Of a DNA stretch of 58,559 nucleotides, positions 46,290 through 56,538 are shown one piece after another. The stretch covers positions 1-58,559 of the forward strand of contig CAZYCG010000002.1 of NCBI GenBank assembly GCA_964645865.1, written 5' to 3'. A program made the position numbers and the translations under genes. Numbering within the stretch: position 1 is the stretch's first letter; every line of letters begins with the position of its first letter. Below the pieces are notes generated by a model. It was not told where the DNA came from. It saw nothing but the letters and a program-made list of their open reading frames with translations, and searched no databases. The stretch comes from an uncultured Dehalococcoidia bacterium (lineage in GTDB: Bacteria > Chloroflexota > Dehalococcoidia > Lucifugimonadales > OSU-TB39).

Positions 46290-46824
46290 TAAAGGTAAAA
46301 CAGGTATTCTTGGAATTCGTAGTGAATCTGCAAAAGTAATACTTACTATTGTGGAAAAACCGACCGACTTAGTGAAAGTAGCGACTGATACACTTCAAAA
46401 GTTAATAGCGCGAATGGACGTTTCCGTTTTTGTTAACTTAATGAACGTACATAATGAAGAAATTGGCGGACCTTCGTTTGAAATTGATGGAGAAGATGCT
46501 GGTTTGCTCATTGGTAGAAAAGGTCAAACTATGCGATCACTTCAATTTATTGCTGCAATGATTTCTAGCAATAAATTAGAAGATCATGTACGTATAGATT
46601 TAGATGTTGCTGGATACAAAAGTAGGAGATACGATTCATTGGCAAATCTTGCATATAAAGTAGCGGGACAAGTTGTAGATACTGGCAGTTCAATTACTTT
46701 AGAACCAATGCCTGCTAATGAACGTCGAATAATTCATGTCACATTAGCCGATGATGAAAGAGTATCCTCTGTAAGTTCAGGGAGAGGGGATTCTCGTAAG
46801 GTAACAATTAACCCATCTGAATAA
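46186..46824 (+). CDS. jag: Jag/KhpB RNA-binding protein (Jag_N, KH, R3H domains)
   Basis: ATG at 46186 lies 7 nt after AGGAGGAG. MRRIETSGKTVEEAIEIGLNELDV is a typical Jag N-terminus. KH GLLIGRKGQT. R3H region ERRIIHVTL. Confidence 0.88.
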   Translation: MRRIETSGKTVEEAIEIGLNELDVNRAEVEIEVVSKGKTGILGIRSESAKVILTIVEKPTDLVKVATDTLQKLIARMDVSVFVNLMNVHNEEIGGPSFEIDGEDAGLLIGRKGQTMRSLQFIAAMISSNKLEDHVRIDLDVAGYKSRRYDSLANLAYKVAGQVVDTGSSITLEPMPANERRIIHVTLADDERVSSVSSGRGDSRKVTINPSE

Positions 46825-46834
46825 ATAAATATTT

Positions 46835-47677
46835 ATGGCGAATACTAAATCTCCAGAAATATTACTTATCGGCCATATGACTCTTGATGAAGATGCTTAT
46901 GGAGTACATTTAGGTGGTAGTGTGTTCTTCGCCTCACAGCTGTTAAGAATTTTGAACCATAAAGCGAATATTGTGACGAGTTATAATCCAAACACGTTTA
47001 CACCGATATTAGGCGGCGATTTCAATATTAATGTAATTAAATCTAATTCAACAACTACATTTGTAAATTACTATAGGTCAGGAAAAAGAGAACAGTTAAT
47101 AAAATGTATTGCTTCTCCTATTGAAGAAAAAGATATTCCAAAAAAATTTCTAAATGCAGATCTTGTATTTGCGGCACCAGTTATCAATGAAATAGATCTG
47201 GACGTTATATCACTTTTTGAAACAAATTTCGTAGTTGCAAATCTACAAGGATGGCTACGTAAGGTTGATAAAACCGGTTTGGTTGATAAAAAGGTAATCG
47301 ATTTGGAGCAGATATTGAGTTATGTAGATATTGCCATTATTTCGCATGAGGATATTAATGACTGGACGGTGTTGGAGATTTGGAAGGACAAAGTCGATGT
47401 TTTAGTTGTAACTATAGGTTCAGGTGGCTGCAAGTTTAATGTAGATGATAAATGGTATCATGTACCTGCGATAAAAGCTGTTGAATTAGATGCGGTAGGC
47501 GCAGGTGATATATTTGCAACTGCCTACATGGTGAAATATTTTCAAACCTTCGATTGTTTTCAGTCTGCGACTTTCGCTAATTATGTTGCGGGTGTTTCAA
47601 TCGAAGGTGAAAGAACAACAAGATTAACGGAAAGCTTATTACATGACATGCAAAATGAGTTAGGGATTGATGTGTAA
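46835..47677 (+). CDS. PfkB-family sugar/nucleoside kinase
   Basis: LGGSVFFAS N-terminal motif and DAVGAGDIFATAY (PfkB signature 2). Confidence 0.75.
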   Translation: MANTKSPEILLIGHMTLDEDAYGVHLGGSVFFASQLLRILNHKANIVTSYNPNTFTPILGGDFNINVIKSNSTTTFVNYYRSGKREQLIKCIASPIEEKDIPKKFLNADLVFAAPVINEIDLDVISLFETNFVVANLQGWLRKVDKTGLVDKKVIDLEQILSYVDIAIISHEDINDWTVLEIWKDKVDVLVVTIGSGGCKFNVDDKWYHVPAIKAVELDAVGAGDIFATAYMVKYFQTFDCFQSATFANYVAGVSIEGERTTRLTESLLHDMQNELGIDV

Positions 47678-47697
47678 AATAAGCCAGACCACCGGGT

Positions 47698-48957
47698 TTA
47701 TGGTATTTGATCGAAGCCGGTATACTTTCTTAAAGGTTCTGGTATATTTATTGTGCCGTCACTTTGTTGATTCTGTTCCAATATAGCTATTAGGACTCTT
47801 GGTATAGCTAATCCAGATCCATTAAGAGTATTCACAAATCTAGCTTTATCTTTGGCATCTTTTCTGAACTTGATGTTCGTTCTTCTTGCTTGGAAATCAC
47901 CGCAATTAGAGCACGAACTTACTTCTAGCCATTCTTTTGAGCCTGGAGACCAGACTTCTAAATCATATGTTTTTTGTGATGCGAAACCTAAATCTCCAGT
48001 ACATAATTCAATAATCCGGTAGTGAAAATTAAACGCTTTACATACACTTTCTGCATTTTCAAGCAAAGACTTTAATTCTTCGTCAGATGTTTCGGGTGTA
48101 CATATTTTGTACATCTCAACTTTTTCAAATTGGTGTACCCTTTTTATGCCTCGGGTGTCTCTTCCTGCTGAAGCTTTTTCTCTCCTGAAACATGGGGTGT
48201 GCGCAATATATTTTAGTGGCAGATTCTCAGCGTCAATTATCTCATCTTGGTGAATGCTTGTTAGGGGAACTTCCGCGGTTGGTACTAACCACAAATCATC
48301 TTCTTCATCGTGATACATGTTGTCAGAAAATTTTGGTAGTTGGCCACTGTTGATAGCGGCGGTTTTTTTTACTAAATTGGGTAGATACGCTTCAGTATAA
48401 TCGGATTCGTTTATATGGTGATCTAGCATCCATTGAATTAGAGCTCTTTGTAAGGTTGCACCTTTTCCTTTCAAAACATAGAACCTTGAACCTGATAAAT
48501 TAACTCCTGCCTTGAAATCTATAATTCCTAAATCAGCACCTAATTCCCAATGAGGTTTAGTTTCAAATTCATATGTTTCCGGATTTCCAACAGTATTAAT
48601 GACTTTGTTGCCAGATTCATCTAGTCCGTAAGGTACGGATTCTTCTGGTAGATTTGGTATGTTCAAAAGGAGTTCGTTGAGATTGAATTCTATATCTTTC
48701 ACCTCAAGTTCTAATTGCTTAATTTCGGTTCCTACATTACGCATATCCTCGATTATTTCAGTTGGTTTGTTTTTCAACACCGATAATTCTTTGCTTATTT
48801 GATTTCTTTTAGCCCTAAGATTATCAGTTTTATGTATAAGACTTCTTTTATTCAAATCCATAGATAAAATATCGTCAATTGGAGATTTGTCGCCACGCCT
48901 AGCTAAATCTGCTTTGACTTTTTCGGGGTTATTTCGAATTGTTTCGATATTTATCAA
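47698..48957 (-). CDS. serS: seryl-tRNA synthetase
   Basis: Class II motifs TPCFRREKASAGRDTRGIKRVHQF and GSGLAIPRVLIAILE. TTG at 48957 lies 5 nt after AAGGAAG and gives the canonical N-terminus (M)INIETIRNNPEKV. The listed ATG at 49035 adds 26 atypical residues. Confidence 0.93.
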   Translation of the reverse strand: MINIETIRNNPEKVKADLARRGDKSPIDDILSMDLNKRSLIHKTDNLRAKRNQISKELSVLKNKPTEIIEDMRNVGTEIKQLELEVKDIEFNLNELLLNIPNLPEESVPYGLDESGNKVINTVGNPETYEFETKPHWELGADLGIIDFKAGVNLSGSRFYVLKGKGATLQRALIQWMLDHHINESDYTEAYLPNLVKKTAAINSGQLPKFSDNMYHDEEDDLWLVPTAEVPLTSIHQDEIIDAENLPLKYIAHTPCFRREKASAGRDTRGIKRVHQFEKVEMYKICTPETSDEELKSLLENAESVCKAFNFHYRIIELCTGDLGFASQKTYDLEVWSPGSKEWLEVSSCSNCGDFQARRTNIKFRKDAKDKARFVNTLNGSGLAIPRVLIAILEQNQQSDGTINIPEPLRKYTGFDQIP

Positions 48958-49152
48958 AATTACTTCCTTTAGACCAAGAAATAAATCTATATTTAAATTA
49001 GCACAATCATTATACTCTTTGCAGTATAAAGGCATATGATCAATAATCCAATTTAATCAAATTACCCTTGGTTTTGAATAAATATATATCCGAAGATTAT
49101 TTTTTATTGTTAGGCTATTCGAATCTGCAATCATTAGGTAAAAATAAAAAGT

Positions 49153-50031
49153 ATGATAATTGATTTTCACACCCATATTTTTTCACCAGAAGTTAAAAAT
49201 AATAGGAGCTGCTTTTTAAGGAAAGATAGTTCCTTTGAAACCTTATACTCTAGAGCTGATTCAAAAATTATTACTGCCGATGATTTAATTAATGTAATGG
49301 ATGAAAAAATGATTAATTGTTCGGTGGTAATGGGTATAGGTTGGAACGAATTAGATTCTGCAAAAGCATCCAACGATTACATTATTGAATCATGTCAAAA
49401 ATATAAAGATAGGTTGATAGGATTGGGGTCAGTAAATCCTGTATTAGGTGATGATGCCCTCAATGAATTAAATAGGTGTTTAGATAGTGGTCTCGTTGGG
49501 ATGGGAGAAATTCATCCTGATTTGCAACAATTTAATTTGGATGACTTCAATGTTATGAATCAATTTATGACTGAATTAAAACTTAAGAATGGATTGTTGC
49601 TCACGCATTCATCAGAACCGGTAGGACATGTATATACAGGGAAAGGTTTTACAACTCCTGATAAAATATGGAGGTTTCTGAACATGTTTCCTGACTCAAA
49701 TGTGGTTTTAGCCCATTGGGGAGGTGGATTGCCTTTTTATTCGCTAATGCCCGAAGTAAGTGAAGCGATTTCAAATTTTTATTTTGATACTGCTGCTTCT
49801 CCTTATCTTTATAGCAAATCTATCTTTGATATTGCCAATCAGTTAATAGGACCAGAGAGAATATTATTTGGGTCAGATTATCCTTTGATATCGCAAAGTC
49901 GAATTATAAATCAAATTAAAGATTCACGTTTGCTGGCTGAAGAACAGCAAAAAATATTTTCTGATAATGCGATACGGCTATTAGCAAAATTGAAAGGTGG
50001 AGATGATACCCGAATTTATGAATTTCAATGA
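49153..50031 (+). CDS. amidohydrolase-2 family metal-dependent hydrolase
   Basis: MIIDFHTHIF metal-binding start, LAHWGGG, FGSDYP. Confidence 0.75.
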   Translation: MIIDFHTHIFSPEVKNNRSCFLRKDSSFETLYSRADSKIITADDLINVMDEKMINCSVVMGIGWNELDSAKASNDYIIESCQKYKDRLIGLGSVNPVLGDDALNELNRCLDSGLVGMGEIHPDLQQFNLDDFNVMNQFMTELKLKNGLLLTHSSEPVGHVYTGKGFTTPDKIWRFLNMFPDSNVVLAHWGGGLPFYSLMPEVSEAISNFYFDTAASPYLYSKSIFDIANQLIGPERILFGSDYPLISQSRIINQIKDSRLLAEEQQKIFSDNAIRLLAKLKGGDDTRIYEFQ

Positions 50032-50645
50032 AAAACAAAAGATTGTTCAATGATTCAGAGACGTATCACCGTTTGTTTGTAGCATTAAAAATCCCAAATA
50101 ATGTATTGCAACGGATAGAATCAATAAATCAATACATAGATGATCGATTCGTGAAAAAAGTTAAATCCAGAAGTTTTCATTTAACGTTGCATTTTTGCGG
50201 GGAAACAAAAATATGGCAAGCAAAAATTCTACATTCTGAACTAATCAATAATTTAGGTCGGTTGTCTCCTTTAAAATTGAAATTAGGTGTGATTGGTTCT
50301 TTCCCAAAACCAAGTAATGCCAAAATCATTTGGTTGGGATTAAATGGTAATTTGCCAGAATTAAATTATATTCAATCCCAAATTAGTAAATCTGCCATTG
50401 AATTAGGTTTGGGAATTAATCCTCCGAAATTTATGCCTCATATTACTCTTGCAAGAATAAAAAATGGCCATAAACTAAAGCAGAATGAGGTTTTATTGAA
50501 AGATATTGGGATCGTTGAAAAATCAATTTTGGATTTTCCTGAATTTGAAATCAAATCAATTTCGATCATCAATAGTGTTCATTCAAAAAATGGGTACCAA
50601 TATAGTGAAATTGGTTCAATATATTTAGAAAACCAAACTTGTTGA
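50028..50645 (+). CDS. thpR: RNA 2',3'-cyclic phosphodiesterase (2H family, LigT/ThpR)
   Basis: Two HxT/S motifs: FHLTLHF and PHITLAR. ATGA overlap with the upstream gene. Confidence 0.85.
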   Translation: MKNKRLFNDSETYHRLFVALKIPNNVLQRIESINQYIDDRFVKKVKSRSFHLTLHFCGETKIWQAKILHSELINNLGRLSPLKLKLGVIGSFPKPSNAKIIWLGLNGNLPELNYIQSQISKSAIELGLGINPPKFMPHITLARIKNGHKLKQNEVLLKDIGIVEKSILDFPEFEIKSISIINSVHSKNGYQYSEIGSIYLENQTC

Positions 50646-50703
50646 TCGAATTATGGGAGTGATATAATTTATTTACTAAATGTGAGGTTAGAGGAGAGTT
50701 AAA

Positions 50704-50922
50704 GTGGCGAACGAAAATTTCCCTATATGTAGAAAGTGTGAGTCAGGTAATTTATTGCCTTTGTCTGATTTTGGAGGACAAGGTGCGTCAATTAAATATA
50801 AAGCATGGGTTTGTAGCAATGCGCCCGATTGTGGATTCAATATAAAAATTCGTAACGGAGATGTGTACATAAATGAGCCTATAGCTAGTGGTGCTGGTTA
50901 TTCCCCTAGAGTTAGGTCATAA
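50704..50922 (+). CDS. small zinc-ribbon protein
   Basis: 72 aa, CRKC...CSNAPDC. GTG start lies 5 nt after GAGGAGAG. Confidence 0.5.
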   Translation: MANENFPICRKCESGNLLPLSDFGGQGASIKYKAWVCSNAPDCGFNIKIRNGDVYINEPIASGAGYSPRVRS

Positions 50923-51055
50923 ACCTTCATATAAAATCGTGTTGAGATTTTTGACGGCAATTGCGTCATTATCGGTTATTTATAAATATGGTTGTTCGAA
51001 CTAGACTGATTTTAGATGTTCAATCATTCAATTTAGAAATTGGATTTAATTGGTT

Positions 51056-51943
51056 ATGTTTAAGATAATTCGATCAGATTGGTTTAACCAATTTAAAGGA
51101 ATTCTTAGTAACAATGATATAGACCAAAGATTGTGGGATGAACTAGAAGAACTCCTGATAATATCTGATATTGGATTACACTCTACTGAAATGATATTAG
51201 ATAATTTCAAGACAGTACTCAGGTCTAATAAAAGTAACGCTTCATTAGAAGATGTAATTGGTTTATTGAAAAATGAATTGGTTGATTTGCTCCATTATCA
51301 TGGAGGAAATCAGGAAATACCTTCGCATCACGATTCAGTTGTTTTAATGATGATAGGAGTTAATGGCGTTGGGAAAACCACATCTATAGCAAAATTAGCT
51401 CATTTTTATAAAACTAGGGGCAATTCAGTAATGTTGGGAGCATCAGATACTTTCAGGGCGGCTGCTAAGGAACAACTTACAACTTGGGCTCAAAGAATAG
51501 AAGTTCCTATAGTGACGGGACAAATGAATGCTGATCCGGCATCTGTAGCCTATGATTCAGTTAATTCAGCTGTGAAAAGAAAGATTGATGTAGCGATAAT
51601 AGATACAGCAGGAAGAATGCATACCTCTTCAAACTTAATGGATGAATTGATTAAAATCAAAAGAGTGATAGCAAAAGTAGTACCTGAAAATTGTATATTT
51701 CCAATACTGACTTTAGACGCCACTTTAGGCCAAAACACTTTTTTGCAAGCCAAAGAATTTTCAAATGCGTTAGATTGCAAAGGTGTGTTTTTATCAAAAT
51801 TAGACGGCACTGCTAAAGGTGGCATAGTTTTTCCAATAGTAATGGATTTGCAGTTACCCATTTTGTGGGTTGGGACTGGAGAAAAATTTGTTGATTGTGA
51901 TGTTTTTGAGGCCAAAAACTTTGTTGATGCGATGTTCGCCTAA
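51056..51943 (+). CDS. ftsY: signal recognition particle receptor (NG domain only)
   Basis: GVNGVGKTTSIAKLA, DTAGRMH, LSKLDGTAKGG. Confidence 0.93.
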   Translation: MFKIIRSDWFNQFKGILSNNDIDQRLWDELEELLIISDIGLHSTEMILDNFKTVLRSNKSNASLEDVIGLLKNELVDLLHYHGGNQEIPSHHDSVVLMMIGVNGVGKTTSIAKLAHFYKTRGNSVMLGASDTFRAAAKEQLTTWAQRIEVPIVTGQMNADPASVAYDSVNSAVKRKIDVAIIDTAGRMHTSSNLMDELIKIKRVIAKVVPENCIFPILTLDATLGQNTFLQAKEFSNALDCKGVFLSKLDGTAKGGIVFPIVMDLQLPILWVGTGEKFVDCDVFEAKNFVDAMFA

Positions 51944-52022
51944 AATGCGAAGCTGATTGAAAACTTTGATTTGTGTATTATTAACATATGAAATTTGAGT
52001 TAGTTATTATTGAAATATTTGG

Positions 52023-54362
52023 TTGTCAAATATGTTGGACGCAGTAATCTGGTTCATTGTAATTGAGATAATTGGATTAGCATCATTTCCATTTTGCTAT
52101 TATCTTTTTCCTTTTTTGAAAGATCGCGGGTATTGTATAAGTAAACCTATAGGTATCTTAATATTAGGATATTTTGTATGGCTGCTAAGTGTATTGGATT
52201 TGTTGCCAAGTATCCAGCCTACGATTATTGGTTTGGCAATTGTGTTCATAGGGTTAAGCTTTTTCATTAGTTATAAAAAGCGGATGGAACTGAAGCTATT
52301 CATCACCGAAAATGTGAAGCTTTTGATAGTTACTGAAGCAATATTCATATTTTTTCTTTTATTTTGGGTTATTTACAAAACATACGATCCAAGCATAAAT
52401 CATACTGAGCAGCCAATGGACTTTGGGTTTTTTAATGCCTCGATCAGGTCTGTTTATGGACATCCTCAAGATCCATGGTTGTCAGGTAATAGCATCGATT
52501 ATTATTACTTTGGATATTGGATATTAGGTGTTATTACTGAGATGACTGGAATGGCTACAGCGGTTTCATATAATTTGTCTATATCTTTGATAGCAGCTTT
52601 ATCCGCTTCTTCTATTTTCGGATTGGGCGTGAATTTAGTTTCTTTTAATTCGAACAAGTCTTCAAGTCCGTATATTGCTGGAGCAGCCGGAGTGTTTTTA
52701 TTGATGATGATAGGGAACTTGCAGGTAGTTTTGGAATTCTTAAGGTTTAATTTGATAGGATCCAATGAATTCTGGAATTGGGTTTCAATTCAAGGATTGG
52801 TTACTCTACCAGAAACTGCAGGTAATCTATGGCGGCCAACTGAACATTGGTGGTGGTGGCATGCGACTAGAGTGATTAATACAGTTCAAGATGGCGTTAC
52901 AATTGATTATGTTATCCACGAATTTCCGTTTTTTAGCTTTATGCTGGGCGATTTACATCCACATATGGTCTCAATACCATTTTTATTAACCTTTATCGTT
53001 TTCTGTTGGAATTATTTTAGAACTGTTATTACTGGTATAAACAGTTTGACTTTCATTTCTAATTTATTACTGGGCGCATTTTTATTTGGCTCAATATCGT
53101 TTATAAACATGTGGGAATTACCGGTAATGTTCTCAATATTTACAATGATTGTTTTAATAAAAATATATATTCGCACGAATAAAAACATGGAAATTTCATA
53201 CGTTAAAGAAATGGCAATTATACCGGCCATGGTTATTTTAAGTTCAATAATGTTTTTGCCATATTTAATGAATTTCACATCGCAGATTGATGGTATCGGA
53301 GTTCTTAGCCCTAATATGACTAGGCTTTTTCATTCAGTAATAGTATGGGGAGTACATTTACCTATTATTGTATCTATGGTTTTATATTGGTTTTGGAAAA
53401 CAGATTTGGACCTTAATTGGAAAAAAACTGGACTTATTGCTCTCATAATATCGTTAGGTCCATATTTTGTTTGGGTTGTTGCAGCTATTTGGTTGAATAT
53501 GAGCTTCGCTGATTTATTTAGTCAATTATTGCATATCAGTTTTACAATAGTCATGATTGGGTTCTCTGTATATTCACTATTGTGGTTTGCGGAAAGAAAT
53601 CAACCACAGTACGCTAAATTGTTTACTTTGGTATTAACTGTAGTTCCATTTATGCTTTTAATGGGAGCAGAGCTTTTTTATATCGATGATTCTTTTTCTG
53701 GTGGTTCTGAACGTATGAATACGGTTTTTAAATTTTATTATCAATCTTGGATCCTATTTTCAATAGTAGCAGGAATTTCTATATATTATGGACGTTACGT
53801 TATAAATAAACTGTTGGGTGTACAGAGAATATTTGGAGAATTATTGAAATTCGCTTGTGTGATATTAATTTGCTCAGCTTTTTACTATGTTCCTGCTACG
53901 CTAGATACCAGGACAAATTCTTTTCAATCAAGACAAACTTTAAACGGACTTGAATTTATAGCTCAAACCAATATAGATGAATATAAAGCGATTGAGTTTT
54001 TGCAAAAAGACAAAGATGCATCTGCTGTTTTAGTTGAGGCTCCAGGAGGAGGTTATAATGACTATGGCAGAATTTCTTCTAGTACTGGTATACCGACGTT
54101 GATTGGATGGATAGGTCATGAAACTCAATGGCGGGGGAGCAATGACGCCTTTGAGTCTAGATTGATTGATGTAGCGAATATATACACTTCTTCAAATCTA
54201 GAAATAACTAAAGCCATACTATCCAAATATAATGTTAAGTATGTATATATTGGACATAGAGAAATAAGCCATTTTAGTGACGAACAATTTGGAAAGTTTG
54301 GTTTGTTTATGGATTTGGTTTTTAATTCAGGTAATGTTTATATTTATCAAATACGTAGTTAG
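52023..54362 (+). CDS. DUF2298 / 'Chlor_Arch_YYY' polytopic membrane protein
   Basis: 779 aa, more than 15 hydrophobic spans. Contains NSIDYYYFGYW (YYYxG motif). C-terminal soluble region. The start is TTG 52023 or ATG 52032. Confidence 0.75.
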   Translation: MSNMLDAVIWFIVIEIIGLASFPFCYYLFPFLKDRGYCISKPIGILILGYFVWLLSVLDLLPSIQPTIIGLAIVFIGLSFFISYKKRMELKLFITENVKLLIVTEAIFIFFLLFWVIYKTYDPSINHTEQPMDFGFFNASIRSVYGHPQDPWLSGNSIDYYYFGYWILGVITEMTGMATAVSYNLSISLIAALSASSIFGLGVNLVSFNSNKSSSPYIAGAAGVFLLMMIGNLQVVLEFLRFNLIGSNEFWNWVSIQGLVTLPETAGNLWRPTEHWWWWHATRVINTVQDGVTIDYVIHEFPFFSFMLGDLHPHMVSIPFLLTFIVFCWNYFRTVITGINSLTFISNLLLGAFLFGSISFINMWELPVMFSIFTMIVLIKIYIRTNKNMEISYVKEMAIIPAMVILSSIMFLPYLMNFTSQIDGIGVLSPNMTRLFHSVIVWGVHLPIIVSMVLYWFWKTDLDLNWKKTGLIALIISLGPYFVWVVAAIWLNMSFADLFSQLLHISFTIVMIGFSVYSLLWFAERNQPQYAKLFTLVLTVVPFMLLMGAELFYIDDSFSGGSERMNTVFKFYYQSWILFSIVAGISIYYGRYVINKLLGVQRIFGELLKFACVILICSAFYYVPATLDTRTNSFQSRQTLNGLEFIAQTNIDEYKAIEFLQKDKDASAVLVEAPGGGYNDYGRISSSTGIPTLIGWIGHETQWRGSNDAFESRLIDVANIYTSSNLEITKAILSKYNVKYVYIGHREISHFSDEQFGKFGLFMDLVFNSGNVYIYQIRS

Positions 54363-54373
54363 AACATAACTTT

Positions 54374-56536
54374 ATGAAATCCAAACAAAATATAAGTGCC
54401 ACAAATTACAGGATGTTTTTTTATTTTGGTGCATTATTCATTTTGGCATTTGTATTTAGATTTTGGGATTTAGATCAAAGAGCCATGCACCATGATGAAA
54501 GTTTACACGCATTATATTCTTGGTACATCGATGCAAGTGAAGGGTTTTTTGGAAATGGTTATAAACATGATCCAATGATGCATGGTCCGCTTCAGATTGA
54601 ATTAACAGGGTTAATTTTTAAGATTTTTGGCGACAATGAATATACCGCCAGAATTCTTTACGTTCTTTGTGGGTCTTTTATTGTAGTAATCCCTTATTTT
54701 TTAAGAACTAGATTAACGGATGTTGGAGCATTAATAGCTGCTGCTATGTTGGCTTTTTCTCCAACCATGATGTACTTCAGTAGGTTTGCCAGGAATGATA
54801 TTTTGGTTGCTCTGTTGACCTTATCTTTAGTGATTTGCATTTGGCGTTATATGGATGATGGAAGGAAAAAGTATTTGTATTATTCATCGGCACTCTTAGC
54901 TTTATTATTTACAGCTAAAGAAACAGCATACATTATAACTGCCATATTTGGATTTTACTTTTTTTTACTAGTTAGTTTTGAAAATTTCCATACTGTAAAG
55001 AAGTTTGCATTTTCAAATAAACCTAACGTGATAACGGTAGCATATAAGTTCATATTAGCGCTGTGCATTAAATTTTATAGGGGAGTTATAGCTAAAAATA
55101 AATCGAGATCCTTGGACTTGATAATGATATTTATTTGTCTTAGCTTGCCTCTTTGGACTGCAATATTTGGGTTGATTCAATTTACACCAATATTAAATTG
55201 GTCAGGTCTGGTTTTGATTAGTCCAGTTGGCGGTAATAACCCTATTGGATCTCCATATGCTGGAGGATTGGTCATAGCAACAGGTTTTATTTTATTTACC
55301 ATATGGATAGCTTCACGTTTAGGTATATTGTGGAATAAAAAAATATGGTGGAGATGTGCTTTATTATTTTCTTTTATATGGATTTTGTGTTTTTCTTCGT
55401 TTTTGACGAATTTAGGAGGTATTGGTAGTGGTATATGGTCCTCGTTGGGATATTGGTTGGTGCAACAGGAAGAAGCAAGGGGTGGACAACCTTGGTATTA
55501 TTATTTGATTCTAATCAATTTATATGAACTATTACCCATATTAATATCTGTTCCAGCTACTATATTTTTTTTAAAAAGAAGAGATAAATTTGACATTTTT
55601 CTTGTTTACTGGAGTATTGCAACGCTATTGGCATATACTATTGCGAGTGAAAAAATGCCTTGGTTGTTGGTGAATATAATTTTGCCTGTAATTATTTTAT
55701 CAGCAAGATATATGGGACATTTAGTAGGGACAATCAAATTCAATCAGCTTTATTCGATTAAAATTGCGAGCTATGCTTTATTACCTTTTTCATTAATAAC
55801 ATTTTTATTAGCTATTATATTTTACGGGGATTTGGCAACTACATATAAACTCGCAGGGCTATTTGTTTTATCCTTTTCCTTTATTTTGCTTGCAGCTACA
55901 ACCGCTGTAATAATTAAGAATAAACTTGAACTGAAGTTTTTTAAATTTGGATTTATCTTAATTACAATAATTTTATTTACTTTCTCCATTTATAATTCTT
56001 GGAGGGTAAGCTTTAAATATCAAGATACCCCTGTAGAGATGATGATTTATACACAAACATCTCCAGATATCACAAAATTAGTGAGATTCATCGACGGGTT
56101 TGAAGAAAGTAATGGTAAAGGTAGCGTGAGCCTTGGTGTAGATTCTACTAGTGGGTTTACTTGGCCTTGGTCATGGTATATGAGGAACAATCGAAATACT
56201 CGCTACATACCATATACAGTGTCCAACCTAGAGGCTATATCTGATTCGGATATAATTTTAGTACATTCAAGAAATAAGAATGAAGCTGATGAATTGCTTA
56301 AAGGAACTTTTTATCAAGGTGCATTGATAAAGCATAGGTGGTGGTTTCCAGAGGGTTATCGGGGTATGAGTTTACACAAATTTGTTGATTCAACTGTAAG
56401 CATAGATACTTGGAGATGGATTTTACGCTATTTCTTGTTTAGGGATGGAGTTATTGAACGGCTGGGTAGTGAAAATGCTTATGTTTATTTTTCTTTAGAG
56501 AGATTTCCTGAATTGCAATATGGTTTAATCGAGTAG
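54374..56536 (+). CDS. GT-C/PMT-like polytopic membrane protein (partner family of the YYY protein)
   Basis: 720 aa. N-terminal loop with HHDESLH (DE) and MMHGPLQ (HGP). Many TM spans. It lies 11 nt after the previous gene. Confidence 0.7.
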   Translation: MKSKQNISATNYRMFFYFGALFILAFVFRFWDLDQRAMHHDESLHALYSWYIDASEGFFGNGYKHDPMMHGPLQIELTGLIFKIFGDNEYTARILYVLCGSFIVVIPYFLRTRLTDVGALIAAAMLAFSPTMMYFSRFARNDILVALLTLSLVICIWRYMDDGRKKYLYYSSALLALLFTAKETAYIITAIFGFYFFLLVSFENFHTVKKFAFSNKPNVITVAYKFILALCIKFYRGVIAKNKSRSLDLIMIFICLSLPLWTAIFGLIQFTPILNWSGLVLISPVGGNNPIGSPYAGGLVIATGFILFTIWIASRLGILWNKKIWWRCALLFSFIWILCFSSFLTNLGGIGSGIWSSLGYWLVQQEEARGGQPWYYYLILINLYELLPILISVPATIFFLKRRDKFDIFLVYWSIATLLAYTIASEKMPWLLVNIILPVIILSARYMGHLVGTIKFNQLYSIKIASYALLPFSLITFLLAIIFYGDLATTYKLAGLFVLSFSFILLAATTAVIIKNKLELKFFKFGFILITIILFTFSIYNSWRVSFKYQDTPVEMMIYTQTSPDITKLVRFIDGFEESNGKGSVSLGVDSTSGFTWPWSWYMRNNRNTRYIPYTVSNLEAISDSDIILVHSRNKNEADELLKGTFYQGALIKHRWWFPEGYRGMSLHKFVDSTVSIDTWRWILRYFLFRDGVIERLGSENAYVYFSLERFPELQYGLIE

Positions 56537-56538
56537 TT

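Noticed and set aside
48958-49152. Possible T-box leader upstream of serS, and the longer serS ORF starting at ATG 49035.
   Set aside because: There is no GGTGGNACC-type T-box core (plus-strand GGTNCCACC) in the region. The TTG at 48957 with an AAGGAAG RBS gives the canonical SerS N-terminus, so the 26-aa extension is probably untranslated leader.
50985-51010. tRNA-like T-arm string GGTTGTTCGAACTAG.
   Set aside because: The flanking sequence cannot form the acceptor, D or anticodon stems. No cloverleaf is possible.
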